From Alphaproteobacteria bacterium (GTDB lineage Bacteria; Pseudomonadota; Alphaproteobacteria; GCA-2746255), in the NCBI GenBank assembly GCA_021296325.1, contig JAGWAR010000001.1, positions 151,159 to 215,158 on the forward strand: a stretch of DNA of 64,000 nt, read 5' to 3'. A model generated the notes under the pieces. It searched no databases. It had not been told where the DNA came from and worked only from the letters and a program-made list of their open reading frames with translations. How positions within the stretch are numbered: the first letter of the stretch is position 1; the number at the start of each line of letters is the position of its first letter. Positions 51,209-62,524 of the stretch are shown one piece after another. The position numbers and the translations under genes were made by a program.

Positions 51209-52141
51209 TTAACCGGGAAGCATGGCGAGGATGCAGGCCTTCGTGCGGATCGTCGCCTCGAAAAGAAGCAGGTGACTGGTTTCCTCGACAACGGTCAACG
51301 CCGAACCGGGCACACGCGCGGCCAGATCGGGGGCAAGCTTGGCAATCCAGTCGCCGGCAAGGCCGATCTCGGGGTCGCCCGAAACGAAGCGGACCGGCAT
51401 CGGGAAATCGGGCAGGATTTCATAGTTCACCGAATCCATGTGGCAGGCGAAGATCGCCGCTTCCACTTCCGGCGGCGAGGCAAGGGTGTAGTCGCCCTTG
51501 CCGGTGGGGCGGAGATTGGCCCGCGCGTAATCGAGCAGGCGGCCTTCCTCGAACAGAGAAAAAAGCGACCGGCCCTTCAGGGCGCTGGTCAGCACGTCCG
51601 GGCTTGGCCAGCGGGCCTTGCGGTTTTGCGAAAGCCGGACGAGCTCGTCCGTCCGTTGCATGGCTTCGCCGTAAAGGGGGTGCGAATCCGGCGGAAAGAC
51701 CGGGGGCTCGAACAGCGTCACGCCTTCCCAAAAGGGGCGCTTGCGAAGCGCGCCAAGCCGCAAGCCGGCGATCGCGTTCAGGGAATGGGCCACGTAGTAA
51801 AGAGGCGCTTCCCCGATTTCGTTGCGAACGCTTTCGGTGATGGCTTCCAAGTCGTCCGCGAAGGCATCCATGTTGTAGTGACGATCGAGTTCGGTTTCCG
51901 GCGCCGACGAGCCGCCATGCCCCCGCGCATCGAAGGCGAACACGGTGGCCTCCAGCGCCAGCTCCTCGAGAAGCCGCAAATAGGAGCCGGCCGCCATACC
52001 GTTCGCATGACCGAACAGAAGAACCGGCCCCTCCTGAACCGGCCCGATCATCCGGTAAAGCTTGAGCCGGATTCCGTTCGGGCGAATCACCTCGTTCGCT
52101 TCGGCCTTTTCATGAGGGATCGAACGAAAACTCTCTGGCAT
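51209..52141 (-). CDS. Alpha/beta-fold hydrolase
   Basis: HANG oxyanion segment, DARGHG, nucleophile AHSLN, C-terminal SHLL. Confidence 0.85.
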   Translation of the reverse strand: MPESFRSIPHEKAEANEVIRPNGIRLKLYRMIGPVQEGPVLLFGHANGMAAGSYLRLLEELALEATVFAFDARGHGGSSAPETELDRHYNMDAFADDLEAITESVRNEIGEAPLYYVAHSLNAIAGLRLGALRKRPFWEGVTLFEPPVFPPDSHPLYGEAMQRTDELVRLSQNRKARWPSPDVLTSALKGRSLFSLFEEGRLLDYARANLRPTGKGDYTLASPPEVEAAIFACHMDSVNYEILPDFPMPVRFVSGDPEIGLAGDWIAKLAPDLAARVPGSALTVVEETSHLLLFEATIRTKACILAMLPG

Positions 52142-52165
52142 GGAAATGTACTTTCAGGCCGCGGG

Positions 52166-52804
52166 CTAACGCCGGCGCGGTCCGGGCTTGCGTTTCTTGT
52201 AGGGGTCCCGAAGTTCGAAGAGGTCCGGGTCGAAGGTCTGCCCGAATTCGGCGTTCAAAAGACCGACTCGCGTCGTCAACCCTTGCGCGTCCGTCACTTC
52301 CCACTGGCGTAACGCAAAGGGGGCCTCGCTGAAGACGAGGGTCAGCTTGCCGGCCTTAGGGTCGTTCGTCTCGGTCAACTGGATGCGGACGGCGCCCGGC
52401 GTCTTTTCGACTTCCGTCACCGTAATCTCGCCGCTCAGTCGAATTTTTTCCTGCAACAGGAATGACGCCGGCGTCGAGGAAAGCGGCAGGTAGGTGACTT
52501 CTTCTAGTTCCTTGTCCTGATAGGCAAGCCAATCATCGGCCGCGATCAGCAACAGCGGCACGGGCGGGTCGTATTCGATTCGCATCCGTCCGGGCCGGGC
52601 AAGGTAGACGTCGCCTTCCGACAGCTCCCCGTTCGGCCCCACCTGGACGAAACGGGCGCGGATCGTTGTCAGGCGATTGAGATAGTTCTCGGCCCGATCG
52701 ATGGCGGCGCGCAGTTCCGGCGCAAACGCCGTTTTTGCGGCGACGGCATCCACCGAAAGAACTGCAAGCCCCAGGAACAGGGCCAAGACAAAACGGTTAC
52801 GCAA
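52166..52804 (-). CDS. lolA: Outer-membrane lipoprotein carrier LolA
   Basis: Signal peptide; ARFVQ, RPGRMRIEY and PLSSTPA; ftsK-lolA synteny. Confidence 0.9.
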   Translation of the reverse strand: MRNRFVLALFLGLAVLSVDAVAAKTAFAPELRAAIDRAENYLNRLTTIRARFVQVGPNGELSEGDVYLARPGRMRIEYDPPVPLLLIAADDWLAYQDKELEEVTYLPLSSTPASFLLQEKIRLSGEITVTEVEKTPGAVRIQLTETNDPKAGKLTLVFSEAPFALRQWEVTDAQGLTTRVGLLNAEFGQTFDPDLFELRDPYKKRKPGPRRR

Positions 52805-52835
52805 CGGGAATACGCCTCGACCGAGATTGCTTGGT

Positions 52836-55229
52836 TTAAGAAACCTTGTCCGGTTCGCCGATCAGCACTTCACGCTTGCCGACATGGTTGGCAGGACTGA
52901 CGAGGCCGTCGGCCTCCATCTGGTCCATGATTCGTGCCGCCCGATTGTACCCGATTTGCAGATGGCGTTGGATGAAGCTTGTCGAGGCCTTGCGTTCGCG
53001 GCGAACCAGCGCGACGGCCTGATTGTAGAGGTCATCGCCCTCGCCCTCGGGCAGGGCAGCGAAGGGGTCTTCCTCTTCTTCAGTGATCTGGTCGACGTAA
53101 ACCGGTTCACTCTGTTCCTTCAGGAAATTGACGACGCGTTCGACTTCTTCGTCGCTGACGAAGGGGCCATGGATGCGGGTAATTCGCCCGCCGCCGGTCA
53201 TGTAGAGCATGTCGCCCTGGCCAAGCAGTTGCTCTGCCCCCTGGTCGCCCAGGATCGTGCGGCTGTCGATCTTGGAAGTGACCTGAAAACTGATCCGGGT
53301 CGGGAAGTTTGCCTTGATCGTGCCGGTTACCACGTCAACGGATGGCCGTTGCGTCGCCATGATCAGATGCACGCCGGCGGCGCGGGCCATCTGCGACAGG
53401 CGCTGGATGGCAAGTTCGACATCCTTGCCGGCGATCAGCATGAGGTCGGCCATCTCGTCGACGACGACGACGATGTAGGGAAGCGGCGTCAGGTCGAAGG
53501 GCTGTTCCTCGAACACGGGTTTTCCGGTTTCCGGATCGAACCCGGTTTGAATCGTCCGCGTCAGAATTTCGCCCTTCTTCTTCGCTTCCTCGACGCGCGC
53601 GTTGTAATTGTCAATGTTGCGTACACCAAGCTTCGACATGGCGCGGTAGCGATTTTCCATTTCGCGGACAGCCCATTTCAACGCGACGATCGCTTTCTTC
53701 GGTTCCGTGACGACCGGGTGCAGAAGATGCGGAATTTCGTCATAGGTCGAAAGTTCCAGCATCTTCGGGTCGATCAGGATCAATTTGCATTTCTCCGGAG
53801 GCAGCCGGTAAAGCAGGGACAGGATCATCGTGTTGATGGCGACCGACTTGCCGGACCCGGTCGTGCCGGCGATGAGAAGATGCGGCATGCGGGCGAGGTC
53901 GACCATCATCGGGCTGCCGCCGATATCCTTGCCGAGAACGAGCGTCAGGTTCTGGGCCGTCTTCTCGAAGGTCGAAGAGGCAAGCAATTCGCGCAGGTAC
54001 ACCGTCTCGCGGCCGGCGTTGGGAAGCTCGATGCCGATGACGTTGCGTCCCGCCACGACAGCGACGCGGACGGAAACCGCGCTCATCGACCGCGCGATGT
54101 CGTCGGACAGGCTGATGACGCGCGAGGTCTTCGTTCCGGGCGCGGGTTCGAGCTCGTAAAGGGTGACGATGGGACCGGGACGCACCTTGGTAATCTCGCC
54201 ACGCACGCCGAAATCGGCCAGCACGGATTCGAGAAGGCGGGCGTTCTGTTCAAGCGCGCTTTCATCGATCTTCGCCGTCGTCACCTTCGGGGGCGCGTTC
54301 AAAAGGTCGAGCGGGGGAAGCGCGAAAGCCTCGCCGGCCAGCAGGTGGAATTTCGGCTCGCGTTCGGCCTTGGCGCGCTTGCCGATGGCGGGGCCCTTCG
54401 GACGGGGCACGACCCGACTGGCCTCCTTGTCCGGCGCGCTTGGTGCCGCCGCGGCGCTGGCTTGCGCGGCAGGGGCTTCCGGTGCCGCCGCAGGGGCGGC
54501 GTCCACGATGCGCGAATCGCGGCGGCGATCCATCTCGGCACGCAGCAGGGAAAACCCGCCCTGGGCTGTCCGCCGGGCAAACGCCAGGGCGGCCTGGCCG
54601 GCGCGCAGCAAGCCCTGGCCCAGGAAGACGATGCCGCGGGCCGCGGCCTGCCATTCCCTGCGGTCAAACCCCAGCGCCGGCAGGAAAGCCAGCAGGGTGC
54701 CAAGCCCTGCGATGGCGCCGACCATGCCGGCGGTGAGCGGCAATTCGAGGGCTGCAATCTCGCGAAACAGCAGGACACCGGTAAACCCGCCGGGGCTGGT
54801 TTCCGGGTCGGCGAAACCGGCGGCGGCCAAGGTGGCCGTCAACAGGGCCAACGGCAGCAGCGCCAGCCGCATCCAGAAGCGCGCGATGCCCCGTTTCGCG
54901 AGGATGCGCCAGCTCCATGCCAGCAACAGCGGCACCAGCAGCCAGGCGGCCACGCCGATGGTTTGTAGGAGAAAGTCCGCCGTCATCGCCCCCGCCCCGC
55001 CGAGCCAGTTGGCAACGGGGCCGTTGCCGGCGCTGTTCAGCGAAGGGTCGGAGGCCGAATGGCTGGCCAATGCCAGGGCGACGGCGATGGCCAGCAGGGC
55101 CAAGAGCAGGCCGGCCGCCTCGATCGAGCGGCGGCGCAGAAATTCACGGATGCCGGCCGGTAGAAAGGTTGTTTTTCTGGCGCTTGCCGATCGCATCCTT
55201 ATGAGTCCCAAGGGTCCAAGGCGGCTCAT
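52836..55229 (-). CDS. ftsK: DNA translocase FtsK
   Basis: N-terminal TM domain, [31 protein letters not shown] and gamma domain IGYNRAA. Confidence 0.98.
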   Translation of the reverse strand: MSRLGPLGLIRMRSASARKTTFLPAGIREFLRRRSIEAAGLLLALLAIAVALALASHSASDPSLNSAGNGPVANWLGGAGAMTADFLLQTIGVAAWLLVPLLLAWSWRILAKRGIARFWMRLALLPLALLTATLAAAGFADPETSPGGFTGVLLFREIAALELPLTAGMVGAIAGLGTLLAFLPALGFDRREWQAAARGIVFLGQGLLRAGQAALAFARRTAQGGFSLLRAEMDRRRDSRIVDAAPAAAPEAPAAQASAAAAPSAPDKEASRVVPRPKGPAIGKRAKAEREPKFHLLAGEAFALPPLDLLNAPPKVTTAKIDESALEQNARLLESVLADFGVRGEITKVRPGPIVTLYELEPAPGTKTSRVISLSDDIARSMSAVSVRVAVVAGRNVIGIELPNAGRETVYLRELLASSTFEKTAQNLTLVLGKDIGGSPMMVDLARMPHLLIAGTTGSGKSVAINTMILSLLYRLPPEKCKLILIDPKMLELSTYDEIPHLLHPVVTEPKKAIVALKWAVREMENRYRAMSKLGVRNIDNYNARVEEAKKKGEILTRTIQTGFDPETGKPVFEEQPFDLTPLPYIVVVVDEMADLMLIAGKDVELAIQRLSQMARAAGVHLIMATQRPSVDVVTGTIKANFPTRISFQVTSKIDSRTILGDQGAEQLLGQGDMLYMTGGGRITRIHGPFVSDEEVERVVNFLKEQSEPVYVDQITEEEEDPFAALPEGEGDDLYNQAVALVRRERKASTSFIQRHLQIGYNRAARIMDQMEADGLVSPANHVGKREVLIGEPDKVS

Positions 55230-55342
55230 CTTAATCTGCGCGGGCGGCGGGAAACAAGCTTTCCACCCCGAAACGCCACATCATCTTGCGGAAAGCCGGC
55301 CCAAAAACCCCCAGATTTGCCCGTCGAACGGCGCGCCGGACG

Positions 55343-55376
55343 AAAAAAGGCCCGGAAGACAACCGCCTTCCGGGCC
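55343..55376 (-). terminator. Intrinsic terminator of glnK-amtB
   Basis: GGCCCGGAAG-N8-CTTCCGGGCC 10-bp stem followed on the minus strand by T6, about 25 bp after the amtB stop. Confidence 0.8.
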
Positions 55377-55400
55377 AAGGACTGGAAACGTTGGGACCGT

Positions 55401-56699
55401 CTAAAGCACGCTTTCCCCGTGGAGGCGGATGTCGAGGCCTTCGCGCTCGTCCTCCTCCTTCACGCGGATCCCGATGACGAGATCGATCACCTTCAGAAGT
55501 ACGAAGGAGACGATTCCGCAATAGATGATCGTAGCGAGGATTCCATAAGCTTGCGTCCACACCTGACCCGGGTTGCCTTCCAGCAGGCCGGGGGTTCCGC
55601 CGATGGCCTCGACGGCGAAGACGCCGGTCAAAAGCGCGCCGACAATACCGCCAAGCCCGTGAACGGCGAAGACGTCAAGCGAATCGTCGTAACCAAGCTT
55701 GCGCTTCAACCAGGTTGCACCCCAGAAACAGATGATGCCGGCGATGGCGCCGATGCAAAGGGCCCCCATCGGATCGACGAAGCCGGAGGCCGGCGTGATT
55801 GCAACGAGACCCGCCACCGCGCCCGAAGCGATGCCGAGCACGCTGGGTTTGCCGTGGGCGAGCCATTCCGCAAACATCCAGGCCAAGGCCGCCGCTGCGG
55901 TTGCAATCTGGGTCACTGCCATTGCCATGCCGGCCAAACCGTCGGCTGCCACGGCGGAACCGGCGTTGAAGCCGAACCAGCCGACCCACAGGAACGAAGC
56001 GCCCATGACCGTCAGCACCAGATTGTGCGGCATGATGACTTCCCTGCCGTAACCGGTGCGTGGACCAAGAACGAGACACGCCACCAACGCCGCGACGCCG
56101 GAGTTGATGTGGACGACGGTGCCGCCTGCGAAATCGAGTACGCCGACGTCGGCCAGGAAGCCACCGCCCCATACCCAGTGGGTAATCGGCGAATAGACCA
56201 GGATCGACCATGCGGCCAGGAACAGCAGCAGGGCCGAGAACTTCATCCGCTCGGCGACCGCGCCGGTAATCAGGGCGGCCGTGATGATGGCAAAGGTGAG
56301 CTGGAAGATGATGAAAACGGATTCCGGAATCGAGCCGTTGATCTGTTCAAGGCTGAGCGTGTTCAGGAACAGATTGCTCAGATCGCCGACATAGGCACCG
56401 CCTTCACCGAAGGCGAGGCTGTAACCGATGACCATCCAGACGATGGTAATCAGGCAAGTGGTCGTGAAGCTTTGCATGACGGTAGCAAGGACGTTTGGCT
56501 TCCGCACCATGCCGCCGTAGAAAAGGGCGACCCCTGGAATTGTCATCAACAAGACCAGCGCGGTGGCGGTTAACATCCAGGCAGTATCGCCGCTGCTTAA
56601 GGTAGGCGCCGCCTCTGCCGCCGCCTCCATCGCTTCCTGGGCAAGCGCCGATCCGCTTGAAGCGGTCAACGCCAGGATTGCAAATAGCAGTCTCTTCAT
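55401..56699 (-). CDS. amtB: Ammonium transporter AmtB
   Basis: Signal peptide, GDTAWML, FYGG, DFAGGTVVH, GWFGFN and DDSLDVFAVHG; start ATG 56699. Confidence 0.97.
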   Translation of the reverse strand: MKRLLFAILALTASSGSALAQEAMEAAAEAAPTLSSGDTAWMLTATALVLLMTIPGVALFYGGMVRKPNVLATVMQSFTTTCLITIVWMVIGYSLAFGEGGAYVGDLSNLFLNTLSLEQINGSIPESVFIIFQLTFAIITAALITGAVAERMKFSALLLFLAAWSILVYSPITHWVWGGGFLADVGVLDFAGGTVVHINSGVAALVACLVLGPRTGYGREVIMPHNLVLTVMGASFLWVGWFGFNAGSAVAADGLAGMAMAVTQIATAAAALAWMFAEWLAHGKPSVLGIASGAVAGLVAITPASGFVDPMGALCIGAIAGIICFWGATWLKRKLGYDDSLDVFAVHGLGGIVGALLTGVFAVEAIGGTPGLLEGNPGQVWTQAYGILATIIYCGIVSFVLLKVIDLVIGIRVKEEDEREGLDIRLHGESVL

Positions 56700-56709
56700 G
56701 AGGGGCCTC

Positions 56710-57234
<525 letters not shown>

Positions 57235-57315
57235 TATCAGGGCGCCGGCCGTGGCCCGCGACTGGACAGACGCGTACGGACGGGCGATGGTGCGCCCGTT
57301 GGAGGCGGGAATCCC

Positions 57316-58539
57316 ATGGCAAAACGCACGGAAACGGTCATCATCGGCGGCGGGCTGATTGGGCTTACCCTTGGGATCGCGCTTGGCCGTTCCGGTATCG
57401 AAACAATTGTCGTCGAGCGGGAATCGCCGAAACGGGTGCAGGCCGCCGCCTTCGACGGCCGCACCTCGGCGATCGCCTATGGCTCGCGCCGAGTGCTGAG
57501 GGGGCTTGGCCTGTGGGAGGCGATGGCCGGCGGGGCCGAACCCATCCTCGACATCCGGGTGGCGGATGGCGCGTCGCCGCTTTTTCTCCATTACGACCAC
57601 CGCGACGTCGGCACCGAACCCTTCGGCCACATCCTCGAAAACCGGCACCTGCGCCAGGCCCTGTTCGCAAGCGCGGCGAACGTGCCGGCGCTGCAACTGG
57701 AGGCGCCGGCCGAAGTGCGCCAGCTTGAACGCGACGCCCACGGCGTGCGTGCCCATCTGGATTCCGGCGAAACGATTGCGGCGCAGATCGCCATCGCGGC
57801 GGACGGGCGCAAGTCGCCGATGCGCGAGGCGGCCGGCATCCGAAGCCTGCGCGGGCGCTATCCGCAAACGGCGATCGTCTGCACGGTTCGTCACGAAAAG
57901 TCCCATCACGGTGTCGCCGTCGAACATTTTCTTCCCGCCGGCCCCTTTGCCATCCTGCCGATGACGGAAAACCGTTCCTCCATCGTCTGGACGGAACGGA
58001 GCGAGCTTGCGCCGGCATTGCTGAAACTCGAAGCACCCGACTTCCTTCGGGAACTCGTCCGGCGCTTCGGGGATCATTTGGGCGGGCTGCAACTGGAAGG
58101 CGGGCGGTGGTCCTATCCGCTTTCCCTCGTGCTGGCCGAACGCTATCTGGCCGACCGCCTTGCCCTTATCGGCGATGCCGCCCATGGCATTCACCCCATC
58201 GCCGGGCAGGGGCTCAACCTGGGTTTTCGGGATGTCGCGAGCCTGGCCGAATGCCTGGTCGACGCCCATCGGTTGGGACTGGATCTTGGACGTGGTGTCC
58301 ATCTTGAACGCTACCAACGGCTTCGCCGGTTCGACGGTTTTCTGATGGCGGCGATGACGGATGGGCTGAACCGGCTTTTCTCGAACGATCTGGCACCGCT
58401 TCGCATCGTGCGGGACGCGGGCCTTGGCGCCGTCAACCGGCTGCCGCCCCTGAAGCGGCAGCTCATGCGTCACGCCATGGGCATGCCCTTGGGCGGCTGG
58501 GACAAGGGGCCGCGCCTGGTTCGTGGCCTTCCCCTTTGA
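57316..58539 (+). CDS. UbiH/UbiL-family FAD-dependent ubiquinone biosynthesis hydroxylase
   Basis: GGGLIG, DGRTSAI, ADGRKS and GDAAHGIHPIAGQGLNLGFRD. Confidence 0.92.
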   Translation: MAKRTETVIIGGGLIGLTLGIALGRSGIETIVVERESPKRVQAAAFDGRTSAIAYGSRRVLRGLGLWEAMAGGAEPILDIRVADGASPLFLHYDHRDVGTEPFGHILENRHLRQALFASAANVPALQLEAPAEVRQLERDAHGVRAHLDSGETIAAQIAIAADGRKSPMREAAGIRSLRGRYPQTAIVCTVRHEKSHHGVAVEHFLPAGPFAILPMTENRSSIVWTERSELAPALLKLEAPDFLRELVRRFGDHLGGLQLEGGRWSYPLSLVLAERYLADRLALIGDAAHGIHPIAGQGLNLGFRDVASLAECLVDAHRLGLDLGRGVHLERYQRLRRFDGFLMAAMTDGLNRLFSNDLAPLRIVRDAGLGAVNRLPPLKRQLMRHAMGMPLGGWDKGPRLVRGLPL

Positions 58540-58551
58540 GAGAGTCACGGT

Positions 58552-58755
58552 TTAGGCTTTGGTTTCGCTTTCGTCGAGTGCGCGGGCTTCGTCCACCAGC
58601 ATGATCGGAATGCCGTCGCGGATGGGATAGGCAAGCTTTGCCTGTTCGCTGATCAGTTCCTGACGCTCCTTGTCGAAACGAAGCGGCCCCTTCGTCAGCG
58701 GGCAGACGAGAATTTCCAGAAGCTTCGGATCGACGCCTGCTTTGGCTTCTCCCAT
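58552..58755 (-). CDS. Trm112-like protein (UPF0434)
   Basis: [14 protein letters not shown]...[12 protein letters not shown]. Confidence 0.93.
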   Translation of the reverse strand: MGEAKAGVDPKLLEILVCPLTKGPLRFDKERQELISEQAKLAYPIRDGIPIMLVDEARALDESETKA

Positions 58756-58770
58756 GAAAACGGTCTCCTT

Positions 58771-59415
58771 CTAGTTTGGGCGCACGCTATCGTCCGTGCC
58801 GGGGGAAAGCAGCGCCATTTCCAGCAGCGCCGTCAGCACTTGGCTGCGTTCGGCCAGGCTCGCGCATTCCAGCAGCGCCTGTTTTTCGTTCGGCTTGAAC
58901 GGGCAGGTCATGGCCAACGAGACGATCAACTGCTCGTCCGGCAGGGCGGTCACGGCTTTCCATTCAACCTCGATGGCATTTTGCTGCAGGAAAAGGTGCA
59001 GCACGTCCAGCAACCGGTTGCGGTCGATCTGGTTGCCGGTTTCCGGAACCTGATCTTCGGAAAAATCGGAGTAATCGGGAACGATGCGGCGGTAGCCGTT
59101 CTGGTCGGGTAGTTCGCGTGCGATGTGGAAGCGGTTGACGCCGGTCAACATGATCAGGAAACGGTCGTCTTCCGTTTCGTTGAAGGCGGTGATGCGGCCA
59201 AGGCATCCGGTTTGGTACACCGCCGGGCGCTGCGACTTGTCGTCGTTCTTCAGTGGCTGCACCATTCCGATGGTGCGGTCATTCGCCATGGCGTCGTGCA
59301 CCATGTTGAGGTAGCGCGGCTCGAAGATATTCAGCGGCAGTACACCGCGCGGCAGCAGCAGGGCGCCGCTTAGGGGAAAGATCGGAACGATTTCCGGCAG
59401 GTTGTCTTCCAGCAT
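58771..59415 (-). CDS. Lon peptidase N-terminal substrate-binding domain protein
   Basis: PIFPLSGALLLPRGVLPLNIFEPRYLNMV and EKQALLE. Confidence 0.92.
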   Translation of the reverse strand: MLEDNLPEIVPIFPLSGALLLPRGVLPLNIFEPRYLNMVHDAMANDRTIGMVQPLKNDDKSQRPAVYQTGCLGRITAFNETEDDRFLIMLTGVNRFHIARELPDQNGYRRIVPDYSDFSEDQVPETGNQIDRNRLLDVLHLFLQQNAIEVEWKAVTALPDEQLIVSLAMTCPFKPNEKQALLECASLAERSQVLTALLEMALLSPGTDDSVRPN

Positions 59416-59416
59416 C

Positions 59417-60328
59417 TTACGAAAATAAAAGTGATGACAATTGCCGTCTTCCCGCGACCGTCAACGGATCCTCCGGTCCCAGGGCCTCGAAGAATTTCAG
59501 AAGCTGCGTATGGGCCGCCTTGTCGTTCCATTTGCGGTCGCGGCGAATAATTTCGAGCAGGGATTCGATCGCCGCTTCGCGGTTGCCGCTGGCGAATTCG
59601 GCTAGCGCGAGTTCGTAACGTGCGGCGTGATCGTTCGGGTTTTCCGAAAGCTTCGCCGCAAGCGCTTCGGTTTCCTCGGAGGGCGCGACCTGCTCGGCCA
59701 GTTCGATACGGGCCCGGATGCCGGCGATGGCCGAATGGTTGCGCAGTTTCTCGGGCACGTCTTCCAGATAGCTCTTGGCGCCGGCCGTGTCGCCGGAGGC
59801 GAGAAAGCTTTCGATGATACCGGCCAGCGCGTCGGCATTTTCCGGCTCCTGCCCGAGAACGTCGGAGTAAAGGGCCTGGGCCTGGCCGATGTCACCCGCC
59901 TTCAGTGCCTGGTTCGCCGCCTCCAGGGTCTCGGCCGTTTGATCGGTGACGGGGCCGCCGAGCATGCGGCCGAAAAACTGGCGAAGGCTGTCCTCCGGGA
60001 TCGGCCCCATGAAGCCGTTCACCGGGGCGCCGTTCTGGAAGACCATCACGGCCGGCACCGTCTGCAGCTGCAATTGCTGGGCGACCTCGGGGTGCTGCTG
60101 GACGTTCATCTTGACCAGGCGGAGACGCGCGCCGGCCTCCCGCGCCAGGCGCTCGATGACCGGCGTGAACGGCTCGCAAGCCGGGTTGGGCATCCAGAAA
60201 TAGACGAAAACGGGGATTTTTTTCGACGGCTCGACGACGTCCTGAAGGAAGCTCTGGGGGCTTCCTTCCACGATTGTGGGGGCGTCGGCGCCGTCCGCGA
60301 GAAGGGGCGGGTTGGTCATCGGGTCCAA
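59417..60328 (-). CDS. cnoX: Chaperedoxin CnoX/YbbN (thioredoxin fold + TPR)
   Basis: N-terminal Trx fold with cis-Pro (TVP), TPR region, C-terminal RRQLSSLLFS; cnoX-LON_N-trm112 synteny. Confidence 0.88.
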   Translation of the reverse strand: MDPMTNPPLLADGADAPTIVEGSPQSFLQDVVEPSKKIPVFVYFWMPNPACEPFTPVIERLAREAGARLRLVKMNVQQHPEVAQQLQLQTVPAVMVFQNGAPVNGFMGPIPEDSLRQFFGRMLGGPVTDQTAETLEAANQALKAGDIGQAQALYSDVLGQEPENADALAGIIESFLASGDTAGAKSYLEDVPEKLRNHSAIAGIRARIELAEQVAPSEETEALAAKLSENPNDHAARYELALAEFASGNREAAIESLLEIIRRDRKWNDKAAHTQLLKFFEALGPEDPLTVAGRRQLSSLLFS

Positions 60329-60379
60329 GATATGGCTTTCCTTAAGGCTTGAAAGACGGTCTTTTCGCTGGCCTGCGAA

Positions 60380-60408
60380 TCATGGGGGTTTGGGGGACTT
60401 CGTGCAAG
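60380..60408 (-). promoter_or_regulatory. Putative RpoH promoter of the cnoX operon
   Basis: Minus strand CTTGCA-N15-CCCCATGA, close to the sigma32 consensus. Confidence 0.65.
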
Positions 60409-60422
60409 TCCGGCGAACGGGC

Positions 60423-60450
60423 TTGAATTCGAAAGGACTTTGCCTAGACT
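60423..60450 (+). promoter_or_regulatory. Putative sigma70 promoter of tRNA-Gly
   Basis: TTGAAT-N16-TAGACT upstream of the tRNA. Confidence 0.5.
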
Positions 60451-60478
60451 CCGCCCTCTCGGGAATCCCCGGGATCAA

Positions 60479-60553
60479 GCGGGCGTAGCTCAGGGGTAGA
60501 GCGCAACCTTGCCAAGGTTGAAGTCGTGGGTTCGAATCCCATCGCCCGCTCCA
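60479..60553 (+). tRNA. tRNA-Gly(GCC)
   Basis: GCGGGCG acceptor stem paired with CGCCCGC-TCCA, D arm, anticodon arm CAACC-TTGCCAA-GGTTG, GGTTCGAATC T loop, encoded CCA. Confidence 0.97.
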
Positions 60554-60660
60554 TTTTCTAAAGAACGGTCGGCGCAGCAGGCCTTTGCGGAAGCGAAGGC
60601 GAAAGACTATGTTGCAGCCACCTTGCCACAGTGAAGCGGGCGAAGGCCCCCGAAACGAAC

Positions 60661-62484
60661 ATGTCCCTGCGCAACATCGCCATCATCGCCCATGTCGATC
60701 ATGGGAAAACGACGCTTGTCGATGGCTTGCTAAGGCAGTCGGGCGCCTTCCGCGAAGGCCAGCGCGTCGCCGAACGCGCCATGGATTCGGGCGACATCGA
60801 ACGCGAGCGCGGCATCACCATTCTTGCCAAATGCACGTCCGTGCAGTGGAAGGATGTGCGCATCAACATCGTGGATACACCGGGGCACGCTGATTTCGGC
60901 GGCGAAGTCGAGCGCATCCTCAACATGGTGGACGGCGTGCTGGTGCTGGTGGACGCGGCCGAGGGGCCGATGCCGCAGACGAAATTCGTGCTCGGCAAGG
61001 CGTTGGCGGTGGGCTTGCGCCCCATCGTCGTCGTCAACAAGACGGATCGCGCCGACGCCCGCCCCTTCGAGGTGCAGAACGAAACGTTCGATCTGATGGC
61101 GGCCCTTGGGGCAGCCGAATCGCAACTTGATTTTCCGACCCTTTTTGCTTCGGCGAAGCAGGGTTGGGCCGCGGAAGTCCCGGAAGGTCCGCGCGAAAAT
61201 CTGCACGCGCTGTTCGACCTTATTCTGAAACACGTGCCCGAGCCGGAAGCCGAACCCGATTCGCCCTTCCGCATGCTGGTGACGACGCTCGAATACGACA
61301 ACTATCTGGGCCGCGTGCTGACCGGGCGCATCCATGCCGGCATTTGCCGCGTCAACCAGACGGTCAAGGCCATGGGCCCGGACGGCGAAAAGGCGGATGC
61401 CGGGCGCATCGTGCAGTTGCTGGCCTTTCGCGGGCTTGAACGCGTGCCGGTTGCGGAGGCCCACGCCGGCGACATCGTCGCCGTGGCGGGACTCGCCGAC
61501 GCCTCCGTCGCGGATACGATTTGCGACCCGAAGGAGACCGCGGTCCTTCCCGCCCAGCCGGTCGACCCGCCGACCCTGGCGATGACGTTTTCGGTAAACG
61601 ATTCGCCGCTTGCCGGGCGCAACGGCGACAAGGTGACGAGCCGTCTGATCGGCGCGCGTCTGGCGCGCGAGGGCGAGGGCAACGTTGCCATCCGCATCCG
61701 CGAAACCGGTACCGCCGGCGAGTTCGAGGTCGCCGGGCGCGGCGAGCTGCAGATCGCGGTGCTGATCGAAACCATGCGGCGCGAAGGTTTCGAGCTTTCG
61801 GTGAGCCGCCCGCATGTGTTGTTCAAGACGGACCCGGAAACCGGCCAGGAGATGGAGCCGGTCGAACAGGTCGTCGTCGACGTGGACGAGGAGTTCGCCG
61901 GCGCCGTCATGGAAAAGCTGGGTCAGCGGCGGGGCGAATTGACCGACATGCGCTCGACCGGCGGCGCCAAGCAACGGCTTGCCTTCCTGGCGCCGACGCG
62001 GGCGCTGATCGGCTATCACTCGGAATTCGTGACGGACACGCGCGGTACCGGCGTCATGAACCGGCTGTTCCACGGTTACGCGCCGTTTAAGGGGGTGATC
62101 AAGGGACGGAACGCGGGTGCTCTCATCTCCATGGCGGCGGGCCAAATGGTGGCTTACGCACTCTGGAACATCGAGGAACGCGGCAAGCTTTTCGTGAAAC
62201 CGGGGGAGGAGACCTATCCCGGCATGATCATCGGCGAGCATTCGCGCGGCAACGATCTTGAGGTCAATCCGCTAAAGGGAAAACAGCTTACGAACATCCG
62301 CACTCACGCCAAGGACGAGGCCATCGCGCTGACGCCGCCGGTGCGCATGTCGCTGGAAGAGGCGATCGCCTATATCGGCGATGACGAACTGGTGGAAGTA
62401 ACGCCGGCTTGTTTCCGGCTGCGCAAACGCCTGCTCGATTCGAACGATCGCAAGCGCGCCGCCCGCAAAGAGGCCGCGAGCTGA
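60661..62484 (+). CDS. typA: Translational GTPase TypA/BipA
   Basis: [38 protein letters not shown] and GRGEL. Confidence 0.98.
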   Translation: MSLRNIAIIAHVDHGKTTLVDGLLRQSGAFREGQRVAERAMDSGDIERERGITILAKCTSVQWKDVRINIVDTPGHADFGGEVERILNMVDGVLVLVDAAEGPMPQTKFVLGKALAVGLRPIVVVNKTDRADARPFEVQNETFDLMAALGAAESQLDFPTLFASAKQGWAAEVPEGPRENLHALFDLILKHVPEPEAEPDSPFRMLVTTLEYDNYLGRVLTGRIHAGICRVNQTVKAMGPDGEKADAGRIVQLLAFRGLERVPVAEAHAGDIVAVAGLADASVADTICDPKETAVLPAQPVDPPTLAMTFSVNDSPLAGRNGDKVTSRLIGARLAREGEGNVAIRIRETGTAGEFEVAGRGELQIAVLIETMRREGFELSVSRPHVLFKTDPETGQEMEPVEQVVVDVDEEFAGAVMEKLGQRRGELTDMRSTGGAKQRLAFLAPTRALIGYHSEFVTDTRGTGVMNRLFHGYAPFKGVIKGRNAGALISMAAGQMVAYALWNIEERGKLFVKPGEETYPGMIIGEHSRGNDLEVNPLKGKQLTNIRTHAKDEAIALTPPVRMSLEEAIAYIGDDELVEVTPACFRLRKRLLDSNDRKRAARKEAAS

Positions 62485-62524
62485 AGAAAGCGGAGCCCAT
62501 CGCTTATTCCGGATATCCTGGCCC

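Noticed and set aside
60479..60660. tRNA-Gly as an integration site for a genomic island
   Set aside because: No integrase and no duplicated tRNA 3' end; typA follows directly, so the site is unoccupied
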